A program made the translations under genes and the position numbers. Shown here in pieces: positions 45,754-61,590 of a stretch of 64,000 nt of DNA (the stretch's first letter is position 1; each line of letters starts with the position of its first letter). Below the pieces are notes generated by a model that searched no databases, was not told the origin of the DNA, and saw nothing but the letters and a program-made list of their open reading frames with translations. The stretch comes from the human T2T-CHM13v2.0 reference genome, Homo sapiens, in NCBI RefSeq assembly GCF_009914755.1, contig NC_060942.1; one strand, given 5' to 3'.

Positions 45754-46801
45754 TGATTTTTAATATAATTTTAAGAGTAGTTTAATTACAAAGACTAACC
45801 AAGCCTTATTTCATTCCAGATGTTCTGAATTTTGACGTTTTACTTAAAGCATTTGAACAGTGGAGTCAGCCTAATTTGAAGTCTATACTTACCGTTATGA
45901 ATGTTTAGCATTATCAGGTAACCCTTATCCAAATATTTTGGGAAAGTAAACCCTAAAAGGAAACCCATTATACACCGTAAGCTGCTCTTTATGTGTCTAA
46001 TGCCCTGACAATACAACAACTTTATTCACATGATCACTCATTAATTTATTAATAAAATATTTATTCACCACCTACTACATGCTGTACATCCAGTTTCTGT
46101 CTCAGTTTGAACCTTGAACTTCCATGCTGTTGTTCTCGTGAGTTTTCATCATGATGATATAGTATGTCTGTCAAGCAGAAGCTGTGGTTTGTGGTTGTGG
46201 TGGGGGTGAGGGAAGATGGCTAGGTTCAGAGCTGGTAGGTATATTTTTATGATGAAGCCCATGATCAGTTTTGAAGTGGGAACAGTCTTGGACTCAGAGA
46301 TAGAACAGGGTTCTTGTTCCAAGCGCTGCAACTTACTTGCTGAGAGATGGTGGAAAGTCACTCCTTCTCCAGATGTCAATTTCCATGTCTGGAAAATGTT
46401 AGGTTGGGTGGGGGTAATTCCTTAGCTCTCATGAATGATTCATCATCTTGGCCAATTTTCTTGTCATTTGCCACCTAATTTATAAGTTGAATGCAGGGGA
46501 AAGAACCAAACCAAACCACCTGCTTACCCAACCAACCCAACCAGTAAAGCCATGTCCTGGCAACACTTCTTGTCTCCTGCTCAGATTTTCTGGTATTCCA
46601 GCAGTAGAAAACAGTTCTTCATGCTGCTTTGTGTTTGTTTGTGCTGATCTTTGGCTATTTCTGAATTGGAGGAAGATTCTCTGGACTTTTTTAGAGCCTC
46701 CCACTGGCAAAGAAGGGCAAAAAAATCTGAGGATATAACCTACCCCAAACAATACTCAGAGTTGGGGTCAAAATATTGATAGTCACTTGGTGGCTTCCTG
46801 A

Positions 46802-47851
<1,050 letters not shown>

Positions 47852-49553
47852 CAAATGTAGAATTTCTAAGCTGTGCTTGATATTGTTTTGTCATCTAAAC
47901 AGGAGATTTTTCCACAATGGTAGCTTCAACCTGAACACCCAAGATGACATGTGCCTTTGGAATGTCACCTGACAAGACCACACTTTGTCTGTAAGAGAAC
48001 ACCAGTGTCTGGTAACCCACAAACCTTGTTTGGTCTCTGTGAGGAGTTCTGTTTCACCCGATAGCCGCAGCCTCTCTGTAGAGTACAGTGTGACCACATC
48101 AGTCATTGGATTTTGTGCCAGGGATTCCCATGAGAGAACAGATTGCATTTGTCTGTAAATGTTTCCTTAGATAATGTGCAGTTTCTTTGGTTGTTTTTTC
48201 CCCAAAAACAAACATAAAAGGGGTGAAAATTTTCCAGCTCTTTATTTTGATGTTTGGCAGGAATATGCTTTGATATATTAAGAGAGGTTTTGGTGTGTGT
48301 GATATTCTCTGTTACTCCATGAACCTCCTGCTGCTGGGCAGACAGAAACCAAGCTCTGTTGCCTCAAGGGACAGTTGTCATAGCAGAACCCGAGAAATAA
48401 GAATCAAACTCTTGTCTTTTAGTTTTAAAAGCTAACAGCCAGGTGGAAGATGCAAAAGATTGAGAAGAATAGGTGGCCAAGGCGAGTCAGTTTTTCCATC
48501 GCTGAAGATAAGATAAATCTACTTGTCCAAGACAGAAAAGACTGGAAGAGGGGAACAGTTTAGTGAGGCTGGGGACAAGGGGACCAATTGAAGCAGGCGC
48601 TGTTTGTCTTCACCACCAGGAAGCTGTGATGAGCCTCCATGGATCCTCTACAGACCCCACGCTCTGTTTAGAAGCATTCTTCACCTTCCACATAATTTAG
48701 GGTCCTTCTCCTCCGTGGGCTACTTGTGAGCAACACTTGCTTGCACCCCATCTTTTTTCAGCATCTCACTGCTCACTGTGGAGGATTCCCCTTTCAGCAG
48801 CCTAGGAAATTTAAGTTGCCAAGAAGCTGCCTTTCCAATTCCTTTTTTCTTCCCTTAAAATCCTAATTTACTGTCTCTGAACAGAAGAATTGTGGGTGCT
48901 GGCAGGCCTCTGCTTCTGGTAGTCACTCTTCAACTGACCTCATAGAGATCATAAAGCTCTCAGAATTTGGAGCTTTTTCTTTTTCTTTCTTTTTCTCTCC
49001 AGAAATATGCTTACCCAAGAATATGGGGCTAGACCGATTTACCAAACAACTGCAAATTAACTAATTCAGATGTGTTAATTCTGAATTTTTTTTCAGGTAC
49101 AGATAAGAACCCAAATTATTCATTGCACTTAAAGAAAACATAATTCAAATTAATCATACCACTTAGCATTAATTAATGTACTAGTTCATTGCAGAATCTA
49201 TTGCCCATGGTCAATTCCACCAAATCAATTTCAGAGGCTGCAAGTCTAGAATTATCTCTCTTCATTTGTACTCTTTCTCCTCACCAGAAGTCAGTATATT
49301 AAAACCTGATTTAATTAGATACACTCAACAGGGGATGGTTGAGCTTTCTTTCATTTCGTCAGTGTAGGATTCTGTTATAAATAATCCCAAAATAGAAGTT
49401 GTTTAACAAAATTAAAAGTTCATGGGTTGCTCACAAAAAGTCTAATGCTGTTGTTCCTAGTTGAGAGGTCTTCTAGTCTTCTCTCTTCCAAGGGGCCATC
49501 TGGGGATCCAGGATCCTTCCATCTTGTGGCTCCATATTTTGGCTTCCAGGTCA

Positions 49554-49968
49554 CTGTTATGCACTGAATTGTATCTTCCCCAGATTCATATGTTGAAACT
49601 CTAGCCCGCAGTTCCTCAGAATGTGACTCTATCTGGAAACAGGGCCTTTAAAGATGTGATTAAATTAAAATGAAGCTGTTAGGATGGGCCCTAATCTAAT
49701 GTGACTGATGTTCTTAGAAGAAGAAGAGGAAATTTGGAGATATAAAGAGACACCGGAGATGTGCTCACAGAGAGGAAAGCCCACGTGAGAACATGGCGAG
49801 AGGGCAGCTGTCTGCCTGCTAGTGAGAGAGGCTTTAGGAGAAACCAAACCTGCCAGCACCTGGGTGATGGGCTTCCAGCCCCCAGAACTGTGAGAAAATA
49901 AATTTCCGTTCTTTAAGCCCCCCCCAGTCTGTGATATTTTGTCATGGTAGCCCCAGCAAACTAATACC
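49554..49968 (+). mobile_element. MLT1A/B-like MaLR LTR inserted in an older antisense MLT1 fragment
   Basis: TGTTATGCACTGAATTGTATC...CCAGAACTGTGAGAAAATAAATTTC...GCCCCAGCAAACTAATAC. Confidence 0.75.
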
Positions 49969-50227
49969 TGCACCTCAGCATCATCCAGGGAATGGATGAG
50001 TGGAGTGAGAATCCCATCTGGGAACTCTTCATGGCCCAACTCTATAAGTAGTATATCTTTTCCATCTATATTCCCTGGTCCAGAATTTAGTCACAAATGG
50101 TGGTGGCTTTAATAAGTGTTCACTAATAATTAGTGATTAAATTGTTTATCTATATTATAAGTACTCAGATACATATGGTGCATATCATAGTGAAAAAGTT
50201 AAAAACAACAACAACAACAAAAAATTC

Positions 50228-50631
<404 letters not shown>

Positions 50632-51499
50632 TTAGGGCAGGAAAAACAATCTCTCTACTTGTTTTTAGGTAAATCTCTCATATGGTTTGAAATTTGTGTA
50701 GGTTTTTTTTTGTTACTGTTATTTTATGTTTGTATTTATAATGAAATAATGCTAAGGACACTGTTTTCATAAAAATACATGATGCACAAGTTACAAATTA
50801 TTCTTTTTCTGTTATTAAAGGGCATTCGATATTTTTAAGGAGAGATTTAGGTGGTTTTTCTTCTCTTTTCTTTTTTTTCTTTCAGAGACAGGATCTCACT
50901 CTGTTGCCCAGACTGGAGAGCAGGGGTGCGATCGTAGCTTACTGTGACCTTGAACTCCTGAGTCTCGACTCACACAATCCTCTTGCCTCAGCCTCACAAG
51001 CAACTGGGACTACAGACACATGCCACCATGCCTGCCTAATTTTTTTTTTTTGTAGAAATGGGATCTCGCTATGTTGCCCAGGCAGGCCTTGAACAATTGG
51101 CCTCAACAGATCTTGCTGCTTTAGCCTCCCAAAGTGCTAGGATTACAGATGTGAGCCACCATGCCTGACTTGTTTTGACTTTCTATAAGTCTTCTGAAAA
51201 TAACCAACTACATTTCTTTAACAAAATCACACTTTTTCCAAAAATTTTTCAAAATTAGTGTCTTGCTGCAAGCCTGCAAACTCATTTCCTCCATCGTTTT
51301 TTTTTTCTTACAAAAAGACAACAGCAAAGATGTCCAGAAAACAGTAGTTGACCAAAAGCCTTTTTCATGCTTTCGTGTTTATGTTTGGGGCATGCCATAT
51401 CTGCTGGAGAATGGTAGGGCTCCTGAGGTCTGAATTATGGCTTCCACTGAAGCCTGAGACCATTGTCCTTACAGAAGCTTATTCAGAAATACACTCTAT

Positions 51500-51745
51500 G
51501 AGAAGCAACATTGTGTGGTAATTAAGGGCAAAGACTCTGATTTCAAATCCACCACTTAATAGCTGGACAATTTACTTAACCTCTCTGTGGCTCAGTTTTC
51601 CCATGGGTAAAGTAGGAATAACACTAGACCTACCTCATAGGGTTGCTGTGCTGATGAAAAGAGTTAATATATAGAAAGAACTTAAAACAGTACCTGACAT
51701 GAAGTAAGTGCTACCTAAGTGTTTGCTGCTATTGTTACTAATAAT
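51500..51745 (+). mobile_element. MIR
   Basis: TTTACTTAACCTCTCTGTGGCTCAGTTTTCCCATGGGTAAAGTAGGAATAA...ACCTACCTCATAGGGTTGCTGTG. Confidence 0.8.
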
Positions 51746-52993
51746 CAGCTAGGTATTATCATCTTCCATGGACATAAGTCTGCCACTGTTTTTCTGTTTT
51801 AGCATCACATTTTCTAGGAAGAGTAGAAACTATCGGTGTGGGGAAAAAACTAATATGTGAATTTAAAAAATGAGGCCAGTTGCACAAGAGGCCTAAACAA
51901 GAAAATGAGTGCCTGTCTTGGAGATTCACAAGCCCAAGCACGCTTCCTAACAGGTGCCTCAGAATTCTAGAAAAGATTCATACTGAAAACCCATTGTCAC
52001 AATCACAGTTGCTGAACCAATCATCTTGCTGAGTGCTCCTAGACCTGCCCAAAGGGAAAGTCCAGGGATGGTGTTGAAATTCCGTTCTGAGCTAGAGGGC
52101 TGTTTTAACAGAGAAAGGAATCTATAATTGGCAAGAAAGACCAAGCTTAATGTCAAAGCCGTTTGATAAGTCTGAGATCACAGAATGTCTAGGCCAAGAC
52201 TTAGTCAGAATGAAACATGTTTCTGGAGGTAAGTGAATGAGATTAGGGAAGGGGAAGACACAGCTGTTTATCATGTGACCTTTTCTTCCTGAACGTTCCG
52301 CAAAGAATTGTTGTGGGGCCTGATAAGACATACATGGGAGACTAAAAGCTTAATGACACTCAACTCCTGCCAACCTAGTTCTCACTGTGTGCTTGGGAGA
52401 AGGATTCCTACTCTTGGGTTTCTGTCCCTTCTTCCCCACTCTGGTGTGACTTCCTTGAGGTGAGCCATCTCTGCCTCCTCCATGAAATAATTGAACCAGA
52501 GAAACTTCTCAAATGTGGGTGGATTTAGAAAAAGATACGCGTGTGAGGAGAATGATTGAACACCTTGTATATGGGGTGATGCAGTGGTGGTCCCCCGAAG
52601 CAGTAACTGCTGTAGTAGCCTTCCCCGTTGGGCCCTGATGCTGCAATGTTGTGTGAACTTGGACCAATTAATGTTACATTTCAATGTTCTTACTTGAAAA
52701 ATAGGTAGTGTAAAATCTACTGCACTAGCTGGATTAAAAGCAAAATTTCTAGTTTCATAGGTGGAAGTTGAAGCAAGATGTTTTTCCTCTAAGTGCATGG
52801 GGCCTTTATACAGAGAAGCTAGCTGCATGGAATATGAGTAAAACAAAAACCAATTCAAACGCTGCTTCCAGTCTGTTTTAGTTTAGCAGGAAAAAAGACA
52901 GAAGGGAGAAAGAGGCTGCAGTTTTCCTCCACTTCATTAGTGACCTGGGGAAATGGAGGGGGCACTATTCCAGCAGCTTACTGGTGCCTGAAA

Positions 52994-53500
52994 TGTGTTG
53001 ACTCACAAAACTTTTGATACCAAATGTGTGTGGGTTTGTTTTTCTTCCCCTCACATTAAGCAGTTCTCTAGTTCTTCGGACAACTGGGTGATCTACAATT
53101 CCATTCAAGTCTGATAATTATTACCTGGAGTTAGTGCAGGTCCCATAGCTAAGGGCTCAGTCCCACAAGATTGGCCTCACTTCAGATGCCAATCGCATGT
53201 CCTGAGTTGCCACCTGCACTTTGGTTCTGATTGGCTGGCTATAAATCAGGAGTTTCCATGCCCTTCTCCTCATGTTTGAGAATTTGATGGAAAAACATGG
53301 GAAAACCCTTTACTTACATTTACTGGTTTGTTATAAAGGATACAACTCAGAACAGCCAAATGAAGAGACACACAGGGCAAACTATGGGGAACGGGTGCCC
53401 CATTCCCCTAGCACCTCCATTAAGTGCTGGATGGTGACGAAGACATACTCAGTCCCTCTTCTAGTGGCCAGGGTTGTAATGCAGAGTAAAATCTGAAGAA
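52994..53500. mobile_element. MER21-like LTR
   Basis: AAGGGCTCAGTCCCACAAGATTGGCCTCACTTCAGATGCCAATCGCA...TTTACTTACATTTACTGGTTTGTTATAAAGGATACAACTCAG resemble MER21. Confidence 0.6.
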
Positions 53501-53659
53501 CCCCTGTAAATTGTATGCTAAATTAAGCTTAAGTGAGCACATACTATTTTCTAGGGCTCAAGTCCAAAGGTTTCATTAAATTTTTAAAGGTCTCCTTGGC
53601 TCATAAGAGTTTAATGATCATTCGTTAGAAGTAGATGAAAAGCACCCCAAATTATCTTA

Positions 53660-53821
53660 TGTTTCCCAATTCATTTTATGAAAGCTAGCATTACATTTTA
53701 TAAAAGCCAATAAAGATATTTCAAAAGTAAAACTATAGGTTGATTTTACTTATGGATATAGGTGTAAAAGTTCTAGAAAAAATATTCACAAACCAAATGC
53801 AGTATTACATTAGAAGAATAG
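53660..53821 (+). mobile_element. Old L1M ORF2 (RT region) fragment, 5' part
   Basis: Translates ILLMDIGVKVLEKIFTNQMQYYIRRI versus L1 ORF2p [26 protein letters not shown]. Confidence 0.75.
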
Positions 53822-54108
53822 ATATTGGTGTGACAGTTGGAGCTGAGGAACCCCAGTGGAGTCTTTGCATTCTCCACTCTGGCTGGTGGGTGAAGAGATG
53901 GCCTGAAGAGTGGCTGGTTGCTGCAACAGAGTGCTATATTGAAGTTCTGGAATAAGAATTGGTTTGACCTGTGGTCAGATGGTACCTGACCTATTATGAT
54001 GACCAGACTTGGCAGAGTGTTGAGGATAAGGTCCGCATGCAAGTGGAATGCCTCAATATCCCTGCCAGGCAGGAATGTCGGGATAGTCAGCCTCTGCATG
54101 GAAAGTCA

Positions 54109-54580
<472 letters not shown>

Positions 54581-55170
54581 AAAAGACTGCATGCTGCAGA
54601 TTGTTTGCTCAGATGGGAAAACAATTAGTCTTTGTGCAGAAAACACAGTGATTGCTTGGCTTGGAAATTTACACTCCAAGATTCCAGGACAAACACAGCC
54701 TATGTGGGCTCCACAGTCATGACTGATGAGACACCCGTGGTTTCCTCCCCTCCACCACACACGGCCTATGCTGCACCAGCCACTGAGGAATAGGGCTATG
54801 AGCCATACAGTGGTGTGTGCCTGCCAGGAACTCAAATTGTCTATGCTGCTAATGGACAGGCGTATGCTGTGCCCTACCAGTACTCGTATGCAGGACTTTA
54901 TGGACAGCAGCCTGCTAACCAAGTCATCATTCAAGAGTGATATCGAGACAATGACAGTGACCTGGCAGTGGGCATGTTGGCAGGAGTGGCCATAGTCATG
55001 CCCTTAGGGTCTCTATTCTTGGTCTTCTAGAGGCCGTAAGGTCTTGATGTGCCTAGCTCCTGATAACCCTGTGTGCAGTAATATGATTTACAGGGCATTT
55101 CTGTTTGTGACAAATGTTTTTAATAATAATTTTAATCGTTCCTTTGAAAGTAGTGACATCATAATTGTAA

Positions 55171-55518
<348 letters not shown>

Positions 55519-55970
55519 AGAACTGTGCTATTTTGTTCAAACACGGGCTCTCCAGGGGCACTGGCTCATTCTAGGACTGTCCTTACGGAAGTCTCGGAAT
55601 ACTTTATTTGAGCATAGCTGTTTTGAAAGGCATTTTCTTTTTAGAGTTAGGTGTAGTGCTTAAGGGATAATTTATTTTCATGTTATGCCAGTAATATAGC
55701 GTTGTATGCATCATGAGTGATTGTGGCAAGAAAATCTACAGCTCCTTTCTGTTTAACTTTTTCAAGCCACAGACCAGAACTGGTTGCATGTTACCTTAGG
55801 AGTTGTGGATTGGTAAGCTTCTGGTTACTTCTCCGAGGCTGTGGTGTGAGAGCCCCCTGACCCGCCTTCTGGGGCTCCACAGGCCCCCAGCAAGGGTGAC
55901 TCCTCAGGATGAGAGGGCACAGCCAGCCTTTGAAAAAACGATGCTTCAGAAATCTGCGTAACCCTAGTGT

Positions 55971-56300
55971 CTTCTTTTTCTTTCTTTTCTTTGCTTTTTT
56001 TTTTTTTTTAAGACAGAGTCTCGCTCTGTCACCCAGGCTTGAGTGCAGTGGCACGATCTAGGCTCACTGCAACCTCCACCTCTCGGGTTCAAGCAATTCT
56101 CTGCCTCAGCCTCCCGAGTAGCTAGGATTACAGGCTCCTGCCACCAAGCCTGGCTAATTTTTTTTTTTTTTTTTTTTTTTTTAGTACAGATGGGGTTTCA
56201 CTATCTGGGCCAGGCTGGTCTTGAACTCCTGACCTTGTGATCCACCCGCCTTGGCCTCCCAAAGTGCTGGGATTACAGGCTTGAGCCGCTGTGCCCGGCC
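55971..56300 (-). mobile_element. AluS in the pseudogene 3' UTR
   Basis: Antisense Alu; TSD-like CCCTAGTGTCTT / CCCTAGCTTCTT. Confidence 0.88.
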
Positions 56301-57927
56301 CCTAGCTTCTTATTCTCAGGTTATTCTTGTATGGTTTTGGTAGCTATATTTGGGAAACATATCCCTCATTAGGAATTGATTTGAGCTTCTGAGTGTTAGG
56401 GTTTTATCCTTTAAAACTTGGAGAAGTCAGAACAATAACAAACAAGCGTGTGGAGGCAGATTTGCTTTATTCAGAGAGAGCTATTTGAGTGTGTGTCTGC
56501 TTGGGGTGTTTGCGTTGCTGCCTAAGCCTCCTTACAGCCTATTTTTCTACTTGTTGAGAGAATAATATTAAAAGAAAAGTGGGGGAGTGGAAGGAGAGCT
56601 TTAGTTAGAGCGTTTCCATTTCAGGCCTTCTGGGGGATTGGACTGTGGGGGGAATGCTCTCTCTTGTCCCCCTGAAGGCCCACAGGAACGGGGCCCTGTG
56701 GCTGTCCACCGAGCACCAGGACAGACTATGGCTGAGCAAACTTGGGTTATGGATGGGAAATGGGGCCCAGGGGCCCTCAGGACACAGGAACTGGCTCAAG
56801 ATACCACTCAGTCTGGTCAGGACCCCAGCCTTCTTTTGTTCTTGATCTCTGCGTGATAGAGAAGCTTAGAACATGGAATTTTGAGCCCCAAAATGTGGGA
56901 GTCTCTGGAAAACCCAGTCCTGCCTTTCTGTCCAGTGCTCTTATTTCCAATATTATGAAGTATGTATTTCAAATATTCACGTTTCTGTTATTTCATGTTT
57001 TCAAGCTTGGAATTATTCTGGTTTTCTGTCCTGCATGCTTTAAACATGTGATTTTACAAAGGCAGTTTAGCACAGTGAATATCTCCGCCCCACGCTCCAT
57101 ACGGTCCTGTTTTCCCTAACATACGTTCCAGGTAGCACAGACGTGTTATTTTGCCCGACTAGTTACATACATGCTGTCTTGCTTTGCTGCTCAGTCACTT
57201 CCCTCTGAGGCCAACTTACATAGGATTCCACATGAAGCCAGATGCCAGAGAAACCGAGTGGTGACCACAAGTCTGTTTTTATCGCCAGTCCTAGGGGACT
57301 TGTTGACATGAGAGTGTCTGTTCCCATCTGGAAGGATGTGTGTTTATCTGTCATCTCTGGATAGATGCAACGTATGACAACACTAGTGTCCATGGTTTAA
57401 AATGTCGCTTTGAAGATTTTCCATCCTGTGTAATAAGAACGGCTTTGTTCAGATTATAATCGTTATTAAAGCTGTATGTACGCTTTACTTAAAAACTATG
57501 AACAGCTTTTCATGTTGCACTTGTGGTAATTTTGGACTTGGAATTACCGGGAGGGAATTACAGGAACCAGACTTTTGCAGCTGAAATGCTCTTGAAGCAG
57601 ACGTCTTCCTGTGCCCCATGGCTGCTTCTGGATGAACCGAGGGAGATGTGGACTGAAGCTTGGGCACCCGTGTGTGTCCCCTCCCCAGTCCCCATCCCCA
57701 GTGGGGCCAGCCTCATTAGGCAGCCATAGTTGAGCCTGGAAATTCACGGTCATTAGTGATTTGATCCTGGTATGAAATGCATGCTGGGGATAAGGTGAGC
57801 TCAGATATTTCATTTCCTTGGCCACAACTCCCATAGATGCCAACATTTTGATAGCCTCAGTTTCTCAATGACATTCTTTGTTTACAGTGCTACACTTAGT
57901 AATTCCAAGTGAAGAAGTGCGTCGTGA

Positions 57928-58280
<353 letters not shown>

Positions 58281-58795
58281 TCTATGTGTACTTTTAAATA
58301 ATGATCCATACCTTGAAGAAGTTGGCTGTTGACATTACTTACATGCTAATCCGATTGTTCTTTTTGCTCTGTTCTTTTCATTCCTTGAGTCAACTTCAGG
58401 GTTTTGGATATTAAAGAGAAGAGGGAGAACTGTGGTTAATATCTTGGATCATAATTTGTGAACAAGGCCAGACTTTGCCCATTTTAGGCCATCCAGGACT
58501 CAGTGTAGCCACCTGGATCATAAGAAGATTCTCAATTGAGATAAAATGACCCAAGTTTATTTTCCACATCAAGTTTTGATCCTGTGGAATATTTCTTTTT
58601 CCTTCCCTAGTGTATGTAGATACAAGCCATGGAATGCAGTTCCACTTTCTCCCCGGAACTGATCTATTTGTGATTGCTTTCTGTCTCTACTATTCTCTTG
58701 TGCCTACGGAACTGATTTTTTTCCCTACATATGCAAATTGTACGTTTGTAAGCGAAAATGTCAATATATTGAAGTGTTAACCTTAAAGAAAAAAA

Positions 58796-59210
58796 AGATA
58801 ATAAATACCAAAATTAAATAGATTTATTCTGGAATGCAAGAATTGTTCAACATTTAAAAACTATAAATAATAATCAATTAGAGTAACAAAAGAGAAAACC
58901 TGCAAGATTATATTAATAAATATTTAAAAGCATGTGATAATTCAGTATTCATTTCAGAGAAAAAAGCTACCTAAATATGATGAGATTTGCCAAAACCCAA
59001 AAGCAAACATCATACCAACTATTGAAGAACAAAAAAAGTTAACTGAATTAAAATGAGTAATAAGGCAGATATACTTCTTATCTCAACTTATTTATTACCC
59101 CTACATTGTTTTGGAGGCTCTAGGTAATGCAATAGAAGATGAGATGATTTGCATAAATATTGAAAAAGGAAAGCACAATACTAGAATTAATAAGTGAATT
59201 CGGCAAGTCA
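58796..59210 (+). mobile_element. Old L1M ORF2 fragment, 3' continuation
   Basis: AGATTTATTCTGGAATGCAAGAATTGTTCAACAT resembles L1 'GFIPGMQGWFNI', the motif that follows IQQHIKK. Confidence 0.7.
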
Positions 59211-60199
59211 TTTGGACTTTCTGTTATTTGTCCTTTGCTGTTATTTTTTGAATGATATGACATTGTAAGTAAATGTAAGTTTTATGTTTTTACATTAACA
59301 GATTTAAAAATCTTTTCCTTTAAATTTAGGATTTTGCATCTCTGCTTAGAAATGACTTCCTCATGCTTAGAAATGACTTCCCAGGATTTCTTCTAGTAGT
59401 TGTATGATTTTATGTTTAAACTTTCAATTCATCAGGAAGCTCCTTTTGGCTTATGAGGGGAAATTGGGCTTAAGATTTAGTTATCTTCAAAGTATTTTAT
59501 TTATTACACAATGCACTTTCTCCCATTGATTTGAAATGCCAACATGGCACAAATTTCATTTTAGAATGCAGCTGGGTCTGTTTCTGGACTCTGTACCTCT
59601 GTTTTCTTCTTTTGCAGTTCCAAGATATTTTAATTATCATAGCTGCATTTTATGATTTACTACCTGGAAGAGTGAGTTTCTAGGGAGAAATTATCAGCAT
59701 TTTAAATAGTGAAGAGAAGGTACTAGCAGGGAGGTTAGTGATGTTACACAAGGGTGTATTTATTTACTTGTTTTTAGAGATGGGGTTGTGCTTCGTTGGC
59801 CAGGTGGTCTTGAACTCTTGGCCTCAAGCAGTCCTCCTGCCTCGACTTCCCAAAGTGCTGGATTACAGGCAGGAACCACCATACCTGGCCAGAAGGTTGT
59901 ATTTAGATTACAGATCCCTGAAGAGGTGGGGTGGGGGATAAGTGAGGTGCAGGGGGTTGAGAGGGTAGTGGGGAATGGTTTCCTCACAGGGCCAGGTTGG
60001 GGTGTTAGCCTTGACCAGGAGAAAGGGTACTCTGACAATGTGAAGAGACAGAGAGAGGGAAAGCTGGCATTAGCAAGCTCACAGCCCTTCCAGGAGAAAG
60101 ACCCTTCATCCTGCTCCTAATGCTGGTCTTAGGTAGACATATTTTGTGACTGTGAGTCCCTGTCCATCCCAACTATCCCCAATTAAATCAGGAAGGCCC

Positions 60200-60752
60200 T
60201 GTTACCGGAAAGTGGTCCCCATCCAGACCCCAAGAGAGGGTTCTTGGATCTCGCACGAGAAAGAATTCAGGGTGAGTCCATAGAGTAAAGTGAAAGCAAG
60301 TTTATCAAGAAAGTAGAGGAATAAAAGAACGGCTACTCAGTAGACAAAACAGCCCCGAGGCTGCTGGTTGCCCATTTTTATGATTATTTCTTGGTTATAT
60401 GCTAAACAAAATGTGGATTATTCATGCCTTCCCTTTTTAGACAATATAGGGTAACTTCCTGACGTTGCCATGGCATTTGTAAACTGTCATGGCGCTGGTG
60501 GTGGTGTGGCAGTGAGGACGACCAGAGGTCACTCTTGTCACCGTCTTGGTTTTGGTGGGTTTTAGCCAGCTCCTTTACTGCAAGCTGTTTTATCAGCAAG
60601 GTCTTTATGACCTGTATCTTGTGCTGACCTTCTAGCTCATCCTGTGACTTAGAATGCCCGACCATCTGGGAATGCAGCCCAGTAGGTCTCAGCCTCATTT
60701 TTACCCAGCCCCTATTTAAGATGGAATTGCTTTGGTTCAAATGCCTCTGACA
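60200..60752 (-). mobile_element. MER41A solo LTR (ERV1)
   Basis: The - strand begins TGTCAGAGGCATTTGAACCAAAGC...GGGGCTGGGTAAAAATGAGGCTGAGACCTACTGGGCTGCATTCCCAGA; TG...CA termini; about 550 bp. Confidence 0.88.
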
Positions 60753-61311
60753 ACCAGAGCATGGCAGCCATTCCAGAACAAGCAGACTGTGAAGTGACGT
60801 GACATGAAGAGCTCTTTTCCAAACATGAGGAAGAGAATTCAGTCAGAATCTCTAGTGTATTGATTTGCTGGAACACTCATTGTCAAGTTCTAGATTTTCT
60901 TTATGTAGAAAACACAGACTCACAGTGTGAACAAAGCACATTTTAATGCTTCCCCACTTCCTCCCCAGACCCAGAGGGAGTGAAGGAGAGCAGTGTTCCT
61001 CTCCAGAGTGGGTCAAGGATTGAAATTTCTTACCACTGGGTTCAGGAGCTGGCTGTCACCAGGGATTGCAGGTCCTAGAAGATGCTGGGTCTTACCTGAT
61101 TGAATCAGAGAGAAAGTCCAGTAGCTTGGTCTCAGCGGGGCCTCAGCCCCAAGAGACGGAATGGATGTCCTTTTCCTCTAGACTGCCGGGGGCAGCAAAT
61201 TCCATATGTATGTTTTGCTAAAATTTTTCTTCCTGAGAGTTTGCCTTCATGCGAATCTTCCTGAAGAGCATTTTCCCTGGGTCTAACCCCCTGCATATGA
61301 AAGCAAATGGT

Positions 61312-61590
61312 AGGCCGGGCATGGTGGCTCAAGCCTGTAATCCCTGCACTTCAGGAGGCCAAAGTGGGTGGATCACCTGAGGTCAGGTGTTTGAGACCAG
61401 CCTGGCCAATGTGGCGAAACCCCATCTCTACTAAAAACATAACAATTAGCTGGGTTTGGTGGCGGGCGCCTGTAAACTCAGCTACTCTGGAGGCTGAGGC
61501 AGAAGAATGGCTTGAACCTGGGAAGCCAGCCTGGGCAAAAGGTGAGACTCTGTTTCCAAAAAAGAAAAAGAGAAAAAGAAAAAGAAAAGA
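61312..61590 (+). mobile_element. AluS with a right-arm internal deletion
   Basis: TSD GAAAGCAAATGGTAG / GAAAGCAAACGGTAG; jumps from CCTGGGAAG to CCAGCCTGGGCA. Confidence 0.85.
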
